55,267 bases of DNA from Candidatus Parcubacteria bacterium. GTDB taxonomy: Bacteria > Patescibacteriota > Minisyncoccia > Phycocordibacterales > UBA918. The position numbers and the translations under genes were made by a program. How positions within the stretch are numbered: the first letter of the stretch is position 1; each line of letters starts with the position of its first letter. Shown here in pieces: positions 45,018 through 54,664 of the stretch. Below the pieces are notes generated by a model, which searched no databases, had not been told where the DNA came from, and worked only from the letters and a program-made list of their open reading frames with translations. The stretch spans positions 1 through 55,267 of the forward strand of contig JAASSY010000002.1 of the NCBI GenBank assembly GCA_021767645.1, given 5' to 3'.

Positions 45018-46412
45018 ATGAATTCTTCCACCCACACATCAAATTCAAATACGAACAATATTGTTCAGACTGAACAAATTGATGTAAAGAAATTATGGGA
45101 TGATGCGTTGGTAACCATCGAGCTTTCTATTTCTCCAGCCAATTTCAAAACCTGGTTTAAAGATACACACATCGTCTCACTTGAAGACGGCTTGGTAACA
45201 CTGGGAGTGCCGAGTGTATTTGTTCGCGACTGGATTGCTGATAAATTCCAATCAATGATCTTGAAAGCGCTGCGCGATCTTACTCCACACGTACGCAGTA
45301 TTGAGTACGCGGTTGTACAGCGCTCAGAAAAAGCTAAAAGTGAGACCAGCCGACCCCAAACCGTGAACGCAGCCCTGCCACTTGAGGAGTACTACATCAG
45401 CAAGAGTGACAACCTTAATCCAAAATACATTTTTGACACATTTGTGGTTGGTCCATTTAACGCCTTAGCCCACACTGCAGCCAAGACTGTGGGGGAGAAG
45501 CCAGGCATCGCCTACAACCCCCTCTTTATCTACGGCAAAACCGGCCATGGTAAAACCCACCTCATCCAAGCCGTCGGTAACTACCTGAAAAACCACGGCA
45601 AAAAAGTATTTTATGTGACGAGTGAACGCTTCACTGTCGATTACTTCAACTCACTCCAAAACGGCACCGCCAACAACTTTAAGGACAAGTACCGTCAATA
45701 TGACGTTCTCATCATGGACGATGTCCAGTTTTTGGCTAATAAAGAAAAAACCCAGGAAGAACTCTTCCACCTCTTTAATGCCCTGCACGACAACAACAAA
45801 CAGATTATTTTCTCCAGTGACATTCACCCCGCCCTTCTCTCTGGTCTAGAAGAACGTCTTCGTTCTCGCTTCGCTCAAGGTATGATTGTCGACATTCCAG
45901 CTCCTGATATGGAATCACGAGCCGCCATCTTGCGCGCTAAAGCGGCGCAAAATTCACTCACGCTGGATGAGGCAGTGGTAGAACACTTGGCCAACACCAT
46001 TGAAGGAAATATTCGGGAACTGGAAGGAGCCTTGAACACCATCATGTGTCAAACCCAGCTGACTGGACGCGCACTCTCGCTAGATGAAGTGAAACAAATC
46101 ATCAAAAATAGCACTCGGCCACGCAAATCACTGGCTGTGTCTGATGTGGTAGACAAAATCGCTCGTTACTACGAAGTGGAGCCAAGTTCAATTTACGAAA
46201 AAACTCGTCGCAAAGAAATCGTTAAGCCGCGACAACTCATTATGTACATCTTGCGAGAAGATTTTCAGGTATCCTACCCAGCCATCGGACAGAAACTGGG
46301 TGGTCGAGACCACACCACCGTCATCCACTCCTGCGAAAAGATTAAAAACGAACTGAAAGACAATAACGACTTAGAGGAAGAAGTAACACAGATACGACTC
46401 CTCCTCAAATAA
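45018..46412 (+). CDS. dnaA: chromosomal replication initiator protein DnaA
   Basis: AAA+ Walker A GKTGHGKTHL, Walker B LIMDDVQFL, sensor motifs, C-terminal DNA-binding domain (GGRDHTTVIHS). Confidence 0.95.
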   Translation: MNSSTHTSNSNTNNIVQTEQIDVKKLWDDALVTIELSISPANFKTWFKDTHIVSLEDGLVTLGVPSVFVRDWIADKFQSMILKALRDLTPHVRSIEYAVVQRSEKAKSETSRPQTVNAALPLEEYYISKSDNLNPKYIFDTFVVGPFNALAHTAAKTVGEKPGIAYNPLFIYGKTGHGKTHLIQAVGNYLKNHGKKVFYVTSERFTVDYFNSLQNGTANNFKDKYRQYDVLIMDDVQFLANKEKTQEELFHLFNALHDNNKQIIFSSDIHPALLSGLEERLRSRFAQGMIVDIPAPDMESRAAILRAKAAQNSLTLDEAVVEHLANTIEGNIRELEGALNTIMCQTQLTGRALSLDEVKQIIKNSTRPRKSLAVSDVVDKIARYYEVEPSSIYEKTRRKEIVKPRQLIMYILREDFQVSYPAIGQKLGGRDHTTVIHSCEKIKNELKDNNDLEEEVTQIRLLLK

Positions 46413-46434
46413 AACTCGGTACTCACCGAGTTTT
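46411..46434 (+). terminator. terminator hairpin after dnaA
   Basis: AAAACTCGGT-ACTC-ACCGAGTTTT overlapping the stop codon. Confidence 0.6.
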
Positions 46435-46730
46435 ATTATTACTCACAACCCTCTGTGTACTTCATGTGTACGAAGCACGATAAGTCTGTGAATTACCACC
46501 CCATACGTAACTCAGACCATGTGAATAGCGAGTGATAAAGTATTACTTATACCCAGTTTTGTTACAATAGAGCTACTTACACACACCATTATCAACCCCA
46601 TCCAGTCGTAATTCACACCTATACACATCACCCTGGTCTGCTAAAATCATTGCTACGTAAGACTATTTTCAGTTTTCCACCAATCCACTCCCCTAATAGT
46701 AAGGATAAATAAAAAATAAAAACAAAAAGT
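46435..46730. promoter_or_regulatory. candidate oriC (DnaA-box cluster plus AT-rich unwinding element)
   Basis: Degenerate DnaA boxes TGTGAATTA (46487), TGTGAATAG (46520), TTATCAACC (46589), TAATTCACA (46609), TTTTCCACC (46673). AT-rich tract AAGGATAAATAAAAAATAAAAACAAAAAG (46701-46729). Canonical dnaA-dnaN intergenic position. Confidence 0.55.
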
Positions 46731-47825
46731 ATGTACACAGCTATCAAGACCAAGACACTCACGGAGAAACTAGAATTGGTGAGTCGAGTAAGTACCAAGC
46801 ACGTAACCCTACCGGTCCTGCAGTGTGTACTCATTGAAGCTGATGATAAGAAAGTAACCTTAAAAGCAACAAACTTGGAAATCGGTGTAGAAGCCATCTG
46901 TGAAGCTACTACCGAGGAGTCAGGGGTGGTGGCGGTACCGGCGGGGGTGTTACTTCAAACGGTACAGCACATGAGTCAGGCTGAGGTGGTTTTGAAGTTG
47001 GAGGGAGAAGTGTTGGTAGTGGAGAGTGAGGGTTCGCAAACTTCTATTAATACCGTGTCACACGAAGAGTTTCCTGGTGTCCCTCGACTTGAGTCTGGTG
47101 GCCAAACGTTGCAGAAAGAGTTGTTCGCCCTAGGTATTAAGACAGCAGCCTTTGCGGCCAGTCAGTCCTCAATTAAGCCAGAATTAGGAAGCGTGTATAT
47201 TCACCAGCAAAAAGAACATTCACTCACGTTCGTGGCCACCGACTCATTTCGACTGATGGAAAAAACTGTTGCTCAAAAAGGGGTGACGCTCGATGATCCT
47301 ATGATGGTGCCGCAAAAAAATGCTCTTGAGCTAGCTCGTATTTGCGACATGCAGTCAGGTGAGGCGGTGTTGATGGTGAGCGACAATCAGTGTGCTCTAC
47401 AGTTTGACGATGGGGTGTATGTAACCTCTCGCCTTACTTCTGGTTCGTTTCCGGATTATAAACAGATTATCCCGAAAGAGTACAGTACGCACAGTACACT
47501 ACTAAAAAACGACCTCCAGCACGCATTCAAGAAGACTAATATTTTTTTGAATAAGTTTTTGCAAGTCACGCTCGATGTGCAGTCAGATAACATTACTGTC
47601 TCTGCCAACAGTGGAGAGGTGGGGGCGACTACCGAGTCGGTGCGAGCTCAAACCGAAGGTGAAGATATTCGCCTTAATTTCAATCAACGCTATCTGACTG
47701 ATCCACTGGGTCATATTAGTGATGAGAGTGTGGTGATGCATTTTGCCGGCATTGGTCGGCCAATGGTGATGGAAGGGGTGTCTGATAAAAGTTTGCGATA
47801 CCTAGTGATGCCGATGAATAAATAA
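46731..47825 (+). CDS. dnaN: DNA polymerase III beta subunit (sliding clamp)
   Basis: Three-domain clamp length (364 aa), position after dnaA, C-terminal YLVMPM motif. Confidence 0.9.
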   Translation: MYTAIKTKTLTEKLELVSRVSTKHVTLPVLQCVLIEADDKKVTLKATNLEIGVEAICEATTEESGVVAVPAGVLLQTVQHMSQAEVVLKLEGEVLVVESEGSQTSINTVSHEEFPGVPRLESGGQTLQKELFALGIKTAAFAASQSSIKPELGSVYIHQQKEHSLTFVATDSFRLMEKTVAQKGVTLDDPMMVPQKNALELARICDMQSGEAVLMVSDNQCALQFDDGVYVTSRLTSGSFPDYKQIIPKEYSTHSTLLKNDLQHAFKKTNIFLNKFLQVTLDVQSDNITVSANSGEVGATTESVRAQTEGEDIRLNFNQRYLTDPLGHISDESVVMHFAGIGRPMVMEGVSDKSLRYLVMPMNK

Positions 47826-47829
47826 TGGT

Positions 47830-48120
47830 ATGCGTGGTAAAGACAGGCAGCTCCGCTCAATTAACTCACTGTTTGATACGTATAAAAAGCGGCTAAAGGC
47901 GCCACAAAAAGTGGTGGTGGAAGCCTTTTGTGAAGTGGTGGAGGATTTGTTTGGAGTGACAGTGCCAGCCGAGCGAGTGCAGTACAAACCCGCTAGTAAG
48001 ACGTTGTCAGTGGCTATCTCAGGAGTACTGAAAAGTGAATTAAAGATGCGTGAGCAGGAGGTGCTCACGCATCTACGGGGAAGGTTGGGTGAGAAAAGCG
48101 CACCTACGACTATTCTCTAG
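47830..48120 (+). CDS. DUF721/DciA-like protein
   Basis: 96 aa, directly after dnaN. A ...LSVAISGVLKSELKMREQEVLTHLRGRLG pattern resembles DUF721. Confidence 0.5.
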   Translation: MRGKDRQLRSINSLFDTYKKRLKAPQKVVVEAFCEVVEDLFGVTVPAERVQYKPASKTLSVAISGVLKSELKMREQEVLTHLRGRLGEKSAPTTIL

Positions 48121-50398
48121 GGTTATTGTTCATATTTCGGAGGTTGTCTAGCTCCGCTTGCAGACCCTCCAGTCGAGACTCGAGTACTCCCTGGTCGGCT
48201 TCTTCTGGTGATGGGTCGAGTGTATCGTCCTCAAAACCGATAGCGCCGTAGCGGTCGCTGCGCCAGGCACGAACACCATATTCCCAGAGGCGATACTGGC
48301 CATCAGCATCAGGGTTGCTGGGGTAGGCGCCGCGAGGGTTGTTTTTGTCTACATAGTGCAGAATAGAGTGGTAGTTACGGATGATGGTGTTGATATCAAG
48401 GCTGCTGGTGCCGGTTTCAGATAATGAGCTAATAAGGTTTTCGGTGTCGATGGTTTCTCCTCGTAAGATCGGTTTTAAGTTGTTGTCGATGGCAGGTGGT
48501 TCAGGAAAACTTTGTTCCGGCAGGTCTTCAAGAGCAATATCCATAAACGCACGCCACATAGGGGTGGTGATAAGGCCAGAGAGACCACCACCCATCATGG
48601 TGTTGTCATTATTGCCGACCCAGGCACCTACGGCTAGGTTAGGGGTGTACCCCATGATCCAGGCGTCACGTAGGTTGTTGGTACTTCCTGATTTAGCCGC
48701 TACATCCCGGTTGGGAAAGTGTACTAGTGAGTTGTATCCCCACAGCGGCGCACGCGCCTCGTTGTCGGCCAGAATATCACTTATCATGAGCGCCACATCA
48801 CGCTCTAAGACACGTTCTGACTGCACCGGTGTTTCTTCAATAATATTGCCGGCGTTGTCTTCAATCCTTAGAATGCTGCGTTGCTCCGTTCGTACTCCTT
48901 CGTTGGCAAAGGTGGCATATGCACCGGTGTGCTCAAGTAGCTTCACTTCACCACCACCGAGCACGAGTGTTAGACCAAGGCGATCGGGGTCGTTCAAGGT
49001 GGAGATGCCCATGTTGCTGGCGAGAGCGATGGCGTCGTTGAGTCCGGTTAGGTAGAGGGCTTTTACAGCTGGAATGTTGAGTGATTGCGCCAGGGCGTTC
49101 CTAAAGGTGATTGGACCTTTGAATTGGTTGTTGTAGTTATTGGGTGAGTAGCAGGGTGTTTCTGAGGTGAACTCCCAAGGCTTGCAAGCGGTGCTGAATT
49201 GGGTTCGCACATCGTACACGATTGTCTCTGGCGTATAACCTTCTTGTAGTGCTGAGGCGTAGACAATTGGCTTGATTGAAGAGCCAGGCTGGCGTGGGGC
49301 GAGTGTTACGTTGAAGTTACCATCAATTTCTTCATCAAAGTAGTCACGCGAGCCCACCATAACCAAAATGTCACCTGCTTGTGGGTCCAGAGCAACCAGC
49401 CCGGCGTTTTGGGCATTGTATTTCTCGCGGTTAATGGCGACTTTTTCTGCTACAACTTCTTCAGCTTTTTCTTGCAGCTCCCAGTCGAGCGTCGTAATAA
49501 CGCGAAACCCTTGGTCGGCCAACGCTTGCTCCCCGTACCGTTCCACGAGTTGTTCACGTACGTACATTACAAAATGTGGCGCGCGAATACCGGTAATGTA
49601 TTGCTTTTCAAACTCCACTTCTGTTGCCAAAGCTTCGTCGTGCTCTTCTTGGTTGATAAAACCGTTGAGAAGCATACGCTCTAGTACTAGTCGAGACCGC
49701 TCTTCCAGGGCAGCAAAATTGTTCCCGTATGGAGAGAGCCTGGTTGGGGCCTGCGGTAGGGCGGCTAGGTACGTGGCTTCACGAAGTGTAACGTCGCGAG
49801 CGCTTTTACCAAAAAAGGCTTGAGAGGCCTCTTCAACACCGTAGATAGTCCCACCGTAGGGGGACTCGTTGAGATATGTCTCCAAGATGTCTTCCTTGCT
49901 CATCGAACGTTCGAGTTTGATGGCCAAGATAGCCTCTTTGATTTTTCGGGTGAGTCGTTTTTCGTTTTCTAACAAGGTGTTTTTTACTACTTGCTGGGTG
50001 ATAGTGGAGCCGCCTTGGCCACCGAGTAAATCACCTTGAGTTAGGTTTGTGACGGCAGCGCGAATGATGGCTCGTACATCAATTCCCATGTGCTCGTAAA
50101 ATTGGTCGTCCTCAATTGCGACCGTGGCATTTTTAATGTGGTGCGATATCTCTGCAAACGGTACGATAGTCCGCCTGATATCTTGGTGTAGGTCATATAG
50201 GAGGACTTCTCCCGTTCGATCGTAAATCTTGGTTGATTGCGCGATCCTGCGTTCTTCAAAGCTCGATAGGTCAGGTATATCGAGACTGGCCACCCAGATG
50301 GTGACGGCCCCGATACCGATGAGTCCTGCTACGCCAACGACGATCAGGGCGTCAAGTAGCAGTGATGGTATGTGTTTGGTGATAAAATTTCGCATCAC
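48110..50398 (-). CDS. class A penicillin-binding protein (glycosyltransferase + transpeptidase)
   Basis: GT51 motifs EDDQFYEHMGID, GGSTITQQ, RKIKE. Transpeptidase SIKP (SxxK), SGS and KSGST (KTG-like). N-terminal TM. Confidence 0.9.
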   Translation of the reverse strand: MMRNFITKHIPSLLLDALIVVGVAGLIGIGAVTIWVASLDIPDLSSFEERRIAQSTKIYDRTGEVLLYDLHQDIRRTIVPFAEISHHIKNATVAIEDDQFYEHMGIDVRAIIRAAVTNLTQGDLLGGQGGSTITQQVVKNTLLENEKRLTRKIKEAILAIKLERSMSKEDILETYLNESPYGGTIYGVEEASQAFFGKSARDVTLREATYLAALPQAPTRLSPYGNNFAALEERSRLVLERMLLNGFINQEEHDEALATEVEFEKQYITGIRAPHFVMYVREQLVERYGEQALADQGFRVITTLDWELQEKAEEVVAEKVAINREKYNAQNAGLVALDPQAGDILVMVGSRDYFDEEIDGNFNVTLAPRQPGSSIKPIVYASALQEGYTPETIVYDVRTQFSTACKPWEFTSETPCYSPNNYNNQFKGPITFRNALAQSLNIPAVKALYLTGLNDAIALASNMGISTLNDPDRLGLTLVLGGGEVKLLEHTGAYATFANEGVRTEQRSILRIEDNAGNIIEETPVQSERVLERDVALMISDILADNEARAPLWGYNSLVHFPNRDVAAKSGSTNNLRDAWIMGYTPNLAVGAWVGNNDNTMMGGGLSGLITTPMWRAFMDIALEDLPEQSFPEPPAIDNNLKPILRGETIDTENLISSLSETGTSSLDINTIIRNYHSILHYVDKNNPRGAYPSNPDADGQYRLWEYGVRAWRSDRYGAIGFEDDTLDPSPEEADQGVLESRLEGLQAELDNLRNMNNNPRE

Positions 50399-50537
50399 GA
50401 TAGATTATACGTTGCTATACAGCAATCCTAGCACGAACCAGTACCTATATACATAGGGTGTAAATGTGCTAGAGTAATTGCTGTAATAATGGGAGTGGTT
50501 GATCTGAATTGGTCACCGCTTGGAAGTGTTGTGAGCT

Positions 50538-51785
50538 ATGAAATTTTCTGAAGAATTACAAGAACGCGGCTTTATTCATCAAATAACCGCAGAAACTGTA
50601 GGGGACATTGTCGATAATGGACCACGAGTGGTTTATCACGGGATTGACCCAACTGCCGACTCAGCTCATGCGGGCAATTTTGTTAGCTGGATGTTGTTGC
50701 GTCACTTGGCTGACCAGGGACACCGAATAATTTTTCTGGTTGGTGGCGGAACCGGCATGATTGGAGATCCGAAGCCTGATGCAGAGCGGACGTTACAGAC
50801 GACAGAGCAGGTTGAACATAATGTGGCCAAACTAAAAGCCCAGGCTGAGCAAATTGTGGGCGGCGGCAATTCAGTCACCTTTGTAAACAACGCTGACTGG
50901 CTACTTGATATTAAGTTGGTTGATTTCTTACGTGATATCGGCAAACACTTCACTGTTAACGAGCTAATAAAAAAGGAGGCAATTGCCCGACGACTCGAGG
51001 GTGATGCTGGTATTTCTTACACTGAGTTTGCCTACCCGCTTTTACAAGGGTATGACTATTTACAGCTGTACCGAGAGTACGGATGTAATTTGCAGGTTGG
51101 CGGTTCTGATCAGTGGGGTAACATTGTTGCCGGTGTAGAGTTGGTGCGGCGAAAAGAAGGGGTGGCAGTAGATGCACTGACGGTGCCGCTGGTGGTTGAT
51201 AAAGCGACCGGAAAGAAGTTTGGTAAAAGCGAAGGTAATGCTATATGGCTTGATGCGGCAAAAACATCGCCTTACACGTTTTATCAGTATTGGCTTAATG
51301 TGAGCGATGAAAGCGCGGTTGATTTTCTAAAACTGTTTACCTTGCTGCCGCTTGATGAGATAGCGTCGGTGGCGGCTGAACACGAGGCAGATCCAGCCCA
51401 GCGGGTGGCGCAAAAACGATTGGCTTTTGCGGCGACAGCGATGGTACACAGCGAAGAAGTGGCCGAGGCAGTACGCAGTGCGGCGCAGGTGCTATTTGGT
51501 AGTCAGTCTATTGTCGATGTGGACGCATCGGTGCGGGAGGTGGTTCTTGAGAACGCTCCGGTTACACAACTTCAGTCGGGTGAAGTGCTGCTTGATACAT
51601 TGGTGCGATCTGGTTTGGCATCGAGTAAACGAGAGGCGCGCACGTTTGTTGCTGACGGAGCAGTGTCATTTAATGATGAAAAGGTGACCGATATCGAGGT
51701 TGTAACGGCAGATCTGGTGGGCGATGCTTCCGCTGCTGTGTTGCGGCGAGGTAAAAAACAGTTGTCGGTGCTTGTGCGTGATTAG
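50538..51785 (+). CDS. tyrS: tyrosine--tRNA ligase
   Basis: HIGH-region variant DSAHAGN, GGSDQWGN, KMSKS variant KFGKS, C-terminal S4 domain. Confidence 0.9.
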   Translation: MKFSEELQERGFIHQITAETVGDIVDNGPRVVYHGIDPTADSAHAGNFVSWMLLRHLADQGHRIIFLVGGGTGMIGDPKPDAERTLQTTEQVEHNVAKLKAQAEQIVGGGNSVTFVNNADWLLDIKLVDFLRDIGKHFTVNELIKKEAIARRLEGDAGISYTEFAYPLLQGYDYLQLYREYGCNLQVGGSDQWGNIVAGVELVRRKEGVAVDALTVPLVVDKATGKKFGKSEGNAIWLDAAKTSPYTFYQYWLNVSDESAVDFLKLFTLLPLDEIASVAAEHEADPAQRVAQKRLAFAATAMVHSEEVAEAVRSAAQVLFGSQSIVDVDASVREVVLENAPVTQLQSGEVLLDTLVRSGLASSKREARTFVADGAVSFNDEKVTDIEVVTADLVGDASAAVLRRGKKQLSVLVRD

Positions 51786-51796
51786 ACGGTGATTAG

Positions 51797-51826
51797 AAAA
51801 AGCGCCGGCTGCAGCCGGCGCTTTTT
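51797..51826. terminator. bidirectional terminator after tyrS / acidic ORF
   Basis: AAAAAGCGCCGGC-TGCA-GCCGGCGCTTTTT. Confidence 0.8.
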
Positions 51827-51894
51827 GCTATTCTTATCTTAGTGTCGGTTATTAGCTCTGTCGCAGAATGTTCCGGGCTTTTGGTGCAGGTGGT

Positions 51895-52167
51895 TTACAT
51901 GTCATCCACGTCATCAAAGGTGTCAAAGTCAACATCTTCGACATCGTCCTCTGGGTCAATGTCTTCTTCTAGGGTGTCTTCCTCTTCCGTCTCCTCCTCC
52001 TCGTCATCTTCAGGGGTTTCCTCAGCAACGTGTCCAAAACCTTCGGTTTCGTCGCTGTCGCTGTCATCGTCCATCTCAGAGAGCATGTTGTCGTCTAAGT
52101 CAGCCGCTAGTTCATCATCTTCTTCTTCCAATTCTTCTTCAGGGTTAGTGTTGGGGTCTAGAACCAT
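51895..52167 (-). CDS. hypothetical extremely acidic protein (90 aa, >50% Asp/Glu)
   Basis: Track ORF, 50 nt downstream of ruvC on the same strand and followed by the bidirectional terminator. No clear SD. The antisense Ser-rich ORF is its mirror image. Confidence 0.4.
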   Translation of the reverse strand: MVLDPNTNPEEELEEEDDELAADLDDNMLSEMDDDSDSDETEGFGHVAEETPEDDEEEETEEEDTLEEDIDPEDDVEDVDFDTFDDVDDM

Positions 52168-52217
52168 ATTGTTTGCTGCTTAGGAATAAACGTGTTTCAA
52201 GCGCAGATTGTATCAAA

Positions 52218-52688
52218 CTACCGGTGGTGCGCAAGTGCGGTCACCGCAGCTGCGATCGCATCGTATTCATCGTCGATCGCCTGCTCAGGAACGTTGCGTA
52301 CTAACCGCTCTAGCATGGTGAGCACGGCTGATTTGTCGCTTTTGCCGTAGCCAGTCAGGGCAATTTTAATCTCTTGAGGACTCAGTTCAGCTACTGTACA
52401 GCCGTGCTTTTGACTGAGGTACAGGACGAGTCCTCGGGCCTGAGCGACACCGATCGCAGTTTTAACATTTTTATTAAAGAACAGTGTTTCAATACCTACT
52501 ACATCTGGTGTGTGTTTGGTAAGCACGTCTTCAACCTGGTCTCCGAGTACCAGCAGGCGTTCAGCCAAGGTTGCTTGTTTATCAGTTTCAACACAAGTTG
52601 AGTAGACGACCGTATCGTGTCCGTCAGTGTTGCTTACTACAGCAACGCCGAGTCGGTCATATCCTGGATCAATACCGAGCGCTTTCAT
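52218..52688 (-). CDS. ruvC: crossover junction endodeoxyribonuclease RuvC
   Basis: MKALGIDPGYDRLGVAVV, IETLFFN, DAIAAAV catalytic-acid motifs, 156 aa. Confidence 0.9.
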   Translation of the reverse strand: MKALGIDPGYDRLGVAVVSNTDGHDTVVYSTCVETDKQATLAERLLVLGDQVEDVLTKHTPDVVGIETLFFNKNVKTAIGVAQARGLVLYLSQKHGCTVAELSPQEIKIALTGYGKSDKSAVLTMLERLVRNVPEQAIDDEYDAIAAAVTALAHHR

Positions 52689-52746
52689 GTGTGATCATTG
52701 TAGCGGGTTACGGCAAAAAACCAACCAGTGGAAGGTTGGTGTACCC

Positions 52747-53295
52747 TCAGGCTGTTTCTGGCGTATCTGCAGCGGTGTAGATATTGGTGACGTCGTCGTT
52801 GTCTTCGAGAGTCTCGATAAAGTCAGCCAATTTTTCACCGGTTGTATCGTCAAGTTCAATTGGGGTGATAGGGGTAAAACTCCCATCTGGTGCCTTGGCG
52901 AATGCCCAGGCGGCTGACCCTGGAGTGCCGAGTTCCAAACCAGCTTTCGAGAAAATGTGTCGGATTTCTGAGGCGGTGCGGTTGTTGTTGTCGGTTACGG
53001 TCTGGATGAGCATGGCTACACCACCTGGTCCATAGCCTTCGTACGTCACCTCCTCAATTGCAGCGCCACCCACTCCGGCACCCTTAGCCACCGCCCGTTC
53101 AATATTGTCTTTAGGCATCGAGTCTTTTTTGGCGCGTTCGATAGCGGCTGCTAGATTGGGGAGTGATGTGTCGCCACCAGCCTTGCGTGACTCCATGGCG
53201 ATGAGTGCTGAGTGTTTGGAGAACACTTTGCTCTTTTGCGCGTCGGTCGCTGCTTTTTTATGTTTGATTTTTGACCATTTATTATGTCCACTCAT
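52747..53295 (-). CDS. yebC: YebC/PmpR-family transcriptional regulator (short variant)
   Basis: MSGHNKWSKIKHKKA...YEGYGPGGVA...NRT..E.R..F signature. At 182 aa it appears to lack about 60 aa of the usual third domain. Confidence 0.8.
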   Translation of the reverse strand: MSGHNKWSKIKHKKAATDAQKSKVFSKHSALIAMESRKAGGDTSLPNLAAAIERAKKDSMPKDNIERAVAKGAGVGGAAIEEVTYEGYGPGGVAMLIQTVTDNNNRTASEIRHIFSKAGLELGTPGSAAWAFAKAPDGSFTPITPIELDDTTGEKLADFIETLEDNDDVTNIYTAADTPETA

Positions 53296-53680
53296 GCCTA
53301 GTTTTTCTTATGAATGTAGTGAATTAGTAAAACTTGGCCGTCGCAAAATTCTATCCCTAATGAATTTTGACGACGCTAACCAAAGTATATACATTTTAAA
53401 GTAGTTAACCTGGCTTGCAACTGCACTAGAAAGGGACGCGCATGATAATGCGCTCCCTGTGGAAAACCAGGAGATTTATTATGAGCACTCCAGCAACTTA
53501 CTCTCTCCTTCGAAGCTTCGGCTCACGCATTCAGTGAGTGCTATATATGGATTTGGTGCCTTAGTCGTCGATCAGGGTTTGGTTACCTCAAAGCGCTGTG
53601 TTTGAAACGTGACCACTGGGTGTATCCATCTAGGATTTAGGTCTCAGAGCGTACTTTCCTGGTATTGGTGCTACTAAAAG

Positions 53681-54664
53681 TTAGGAATTTTCCAAATGGC
53701 TATACGCCTCCGGACTGGCCACGCGTCCGCGGGGAGTGCGCTCGAGAAGGCCTTGGCGAATGAGGTACGGTTCGATCACGTCTTCGATGGTTGACTGCTC
53801 TTCGCCGGTAGCAGCTGCGATGGTGTTCAGGCCGACCGGTCCACCACCAAACTTTTCGACGATGGTGGTCAACACGGTGCGATCGGGAGCGTTGAGGCCA
53901 AGCGTGTCGATTTCTAAGAGCTCAAACGTTCGGTCGATAATGGTTTTATCGAGCGCCACCCCTTCGAGTTGTGCTAGGTCACGGCATCGCTTTAAGAGAT
54001 AGTTGGCAGTGCGGGGTGTGGCGCGACAACGTCGGGCGATACCGAGCAACAGTTCATTCGTGGTGGGCACCTCAAGCAGTTCAGCCGAGCGGTGTAAAAT
54101 GCGGGCTAACTCATCATCGGTGTAAAACTCGAGGCGAAAGGTGCCGCCAGAAAACCGAGAGCGTAGAGGTGAGGACAGGAGCGAAATACGAGTAGTGGCC
54201 GCTACGAGGGTAAACGGCGGTAGTTCGAGTTGTACGGTGCGGGCTGACGGACCTTTGCCGATAATAATATCAAGGACGCCAGATTCCATGGCGGGGTAGA
54301 GCACTTCCTCAATACTTTTCGAGAGACGGTGAATTTCGTCGATAAACAACACATCCCCAGGGGAAAGGTTGGTGAGAATAGCTGCCAGGTCACCCACTCG
54401 CTCGATGGCAGGACCAGAGGTGGTGCGCATGTTGGTACCAAGTGTTTTAGCAATCAGGTGGGCGAGGGTGGTTTTACCTAGCCCGGGTGGTCCATAGAGC
54501 AGTACGTGCTCAGCAGCGTGGCCACGCTCTCGGGCGGCGGTTAAGAGGATGCGGAGGTTTTCTTTTGTTTTGGCCTGGCCGATGTACTCCTCCCATGAGT
54601 TTGGTCGCAGTGTTTGGTCGAGATTACCGGCGCCGTCGCGGGTAAATTGTGGCGTGTCTGTCAT
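53681..54664 (-). CDS. ruvB: Holliday junction branch migration ATPase RuvB
   Basis: [31 protein letters not shown]-like ATTR motif. ATG at 54664 (MTDTPQF) is preferred. Confidence 0.9.
   Translation of the reverse strand: MTDTPQFTRDGAGNLDQTLRPNSWEEYIGQAKTKENLRILLTAARERGHAAEHVLLYGPPGLGKTTLAHLIAKTLGTNMRTTSGPAIERVGDLAAILTNLSPGDVLFIDEIHRLSKSIEEVLYPAMESGVLDIIIGKGPSARTVQLELPPFTLVAATTRISLLSSPLRSRFSGGTFRLEFYTDDELARILHRSAELLEVPTTNELLLGIARRCRATPRTANYLLKRCRDLAQLEGVALDKTIIDRTFELLEIDTLGLNAPDRTVLTTIVEKFGGGPVGLNTIAAATGEEQSTIEDVIEPYLIRQGLLERTPRGRVASPEAYSHLENS

Noticed and set aside
50399-50537. Compact T-box-like leader upstream of tyrS (UGGUCACCGC resembles the T-box UGGUACCGCG; AGAGUA and a UAC triplet lie upstream)
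   Set aside because: Only 139 nt are available. I could not fold a convincing Stem I/specifier loop or an antiterminator/sequestrator pair by hand, and the match has an inserted base. It is worth an Infernal T-box scan but is not supportable here.
51842-52183. Ser-rich 113-aa plus-strand ORF
   Set aside because: It is the mirror image of the acidic minus-strand ORF and starts inside the tyrS terminator tail. The minus-strand frame fits the ruvC operon and terminator better, although neither frame is proven.
53640-53670. RNase P RNA CR-I-like AGGAAAGTAC on the minus strand
   Set aside because: It differs from GAGGAAAGUCC, and no CR-IV/CR-V (ACAGAA.CCGGCUUA-type) partner lies at the expected distance of about 300 nt.
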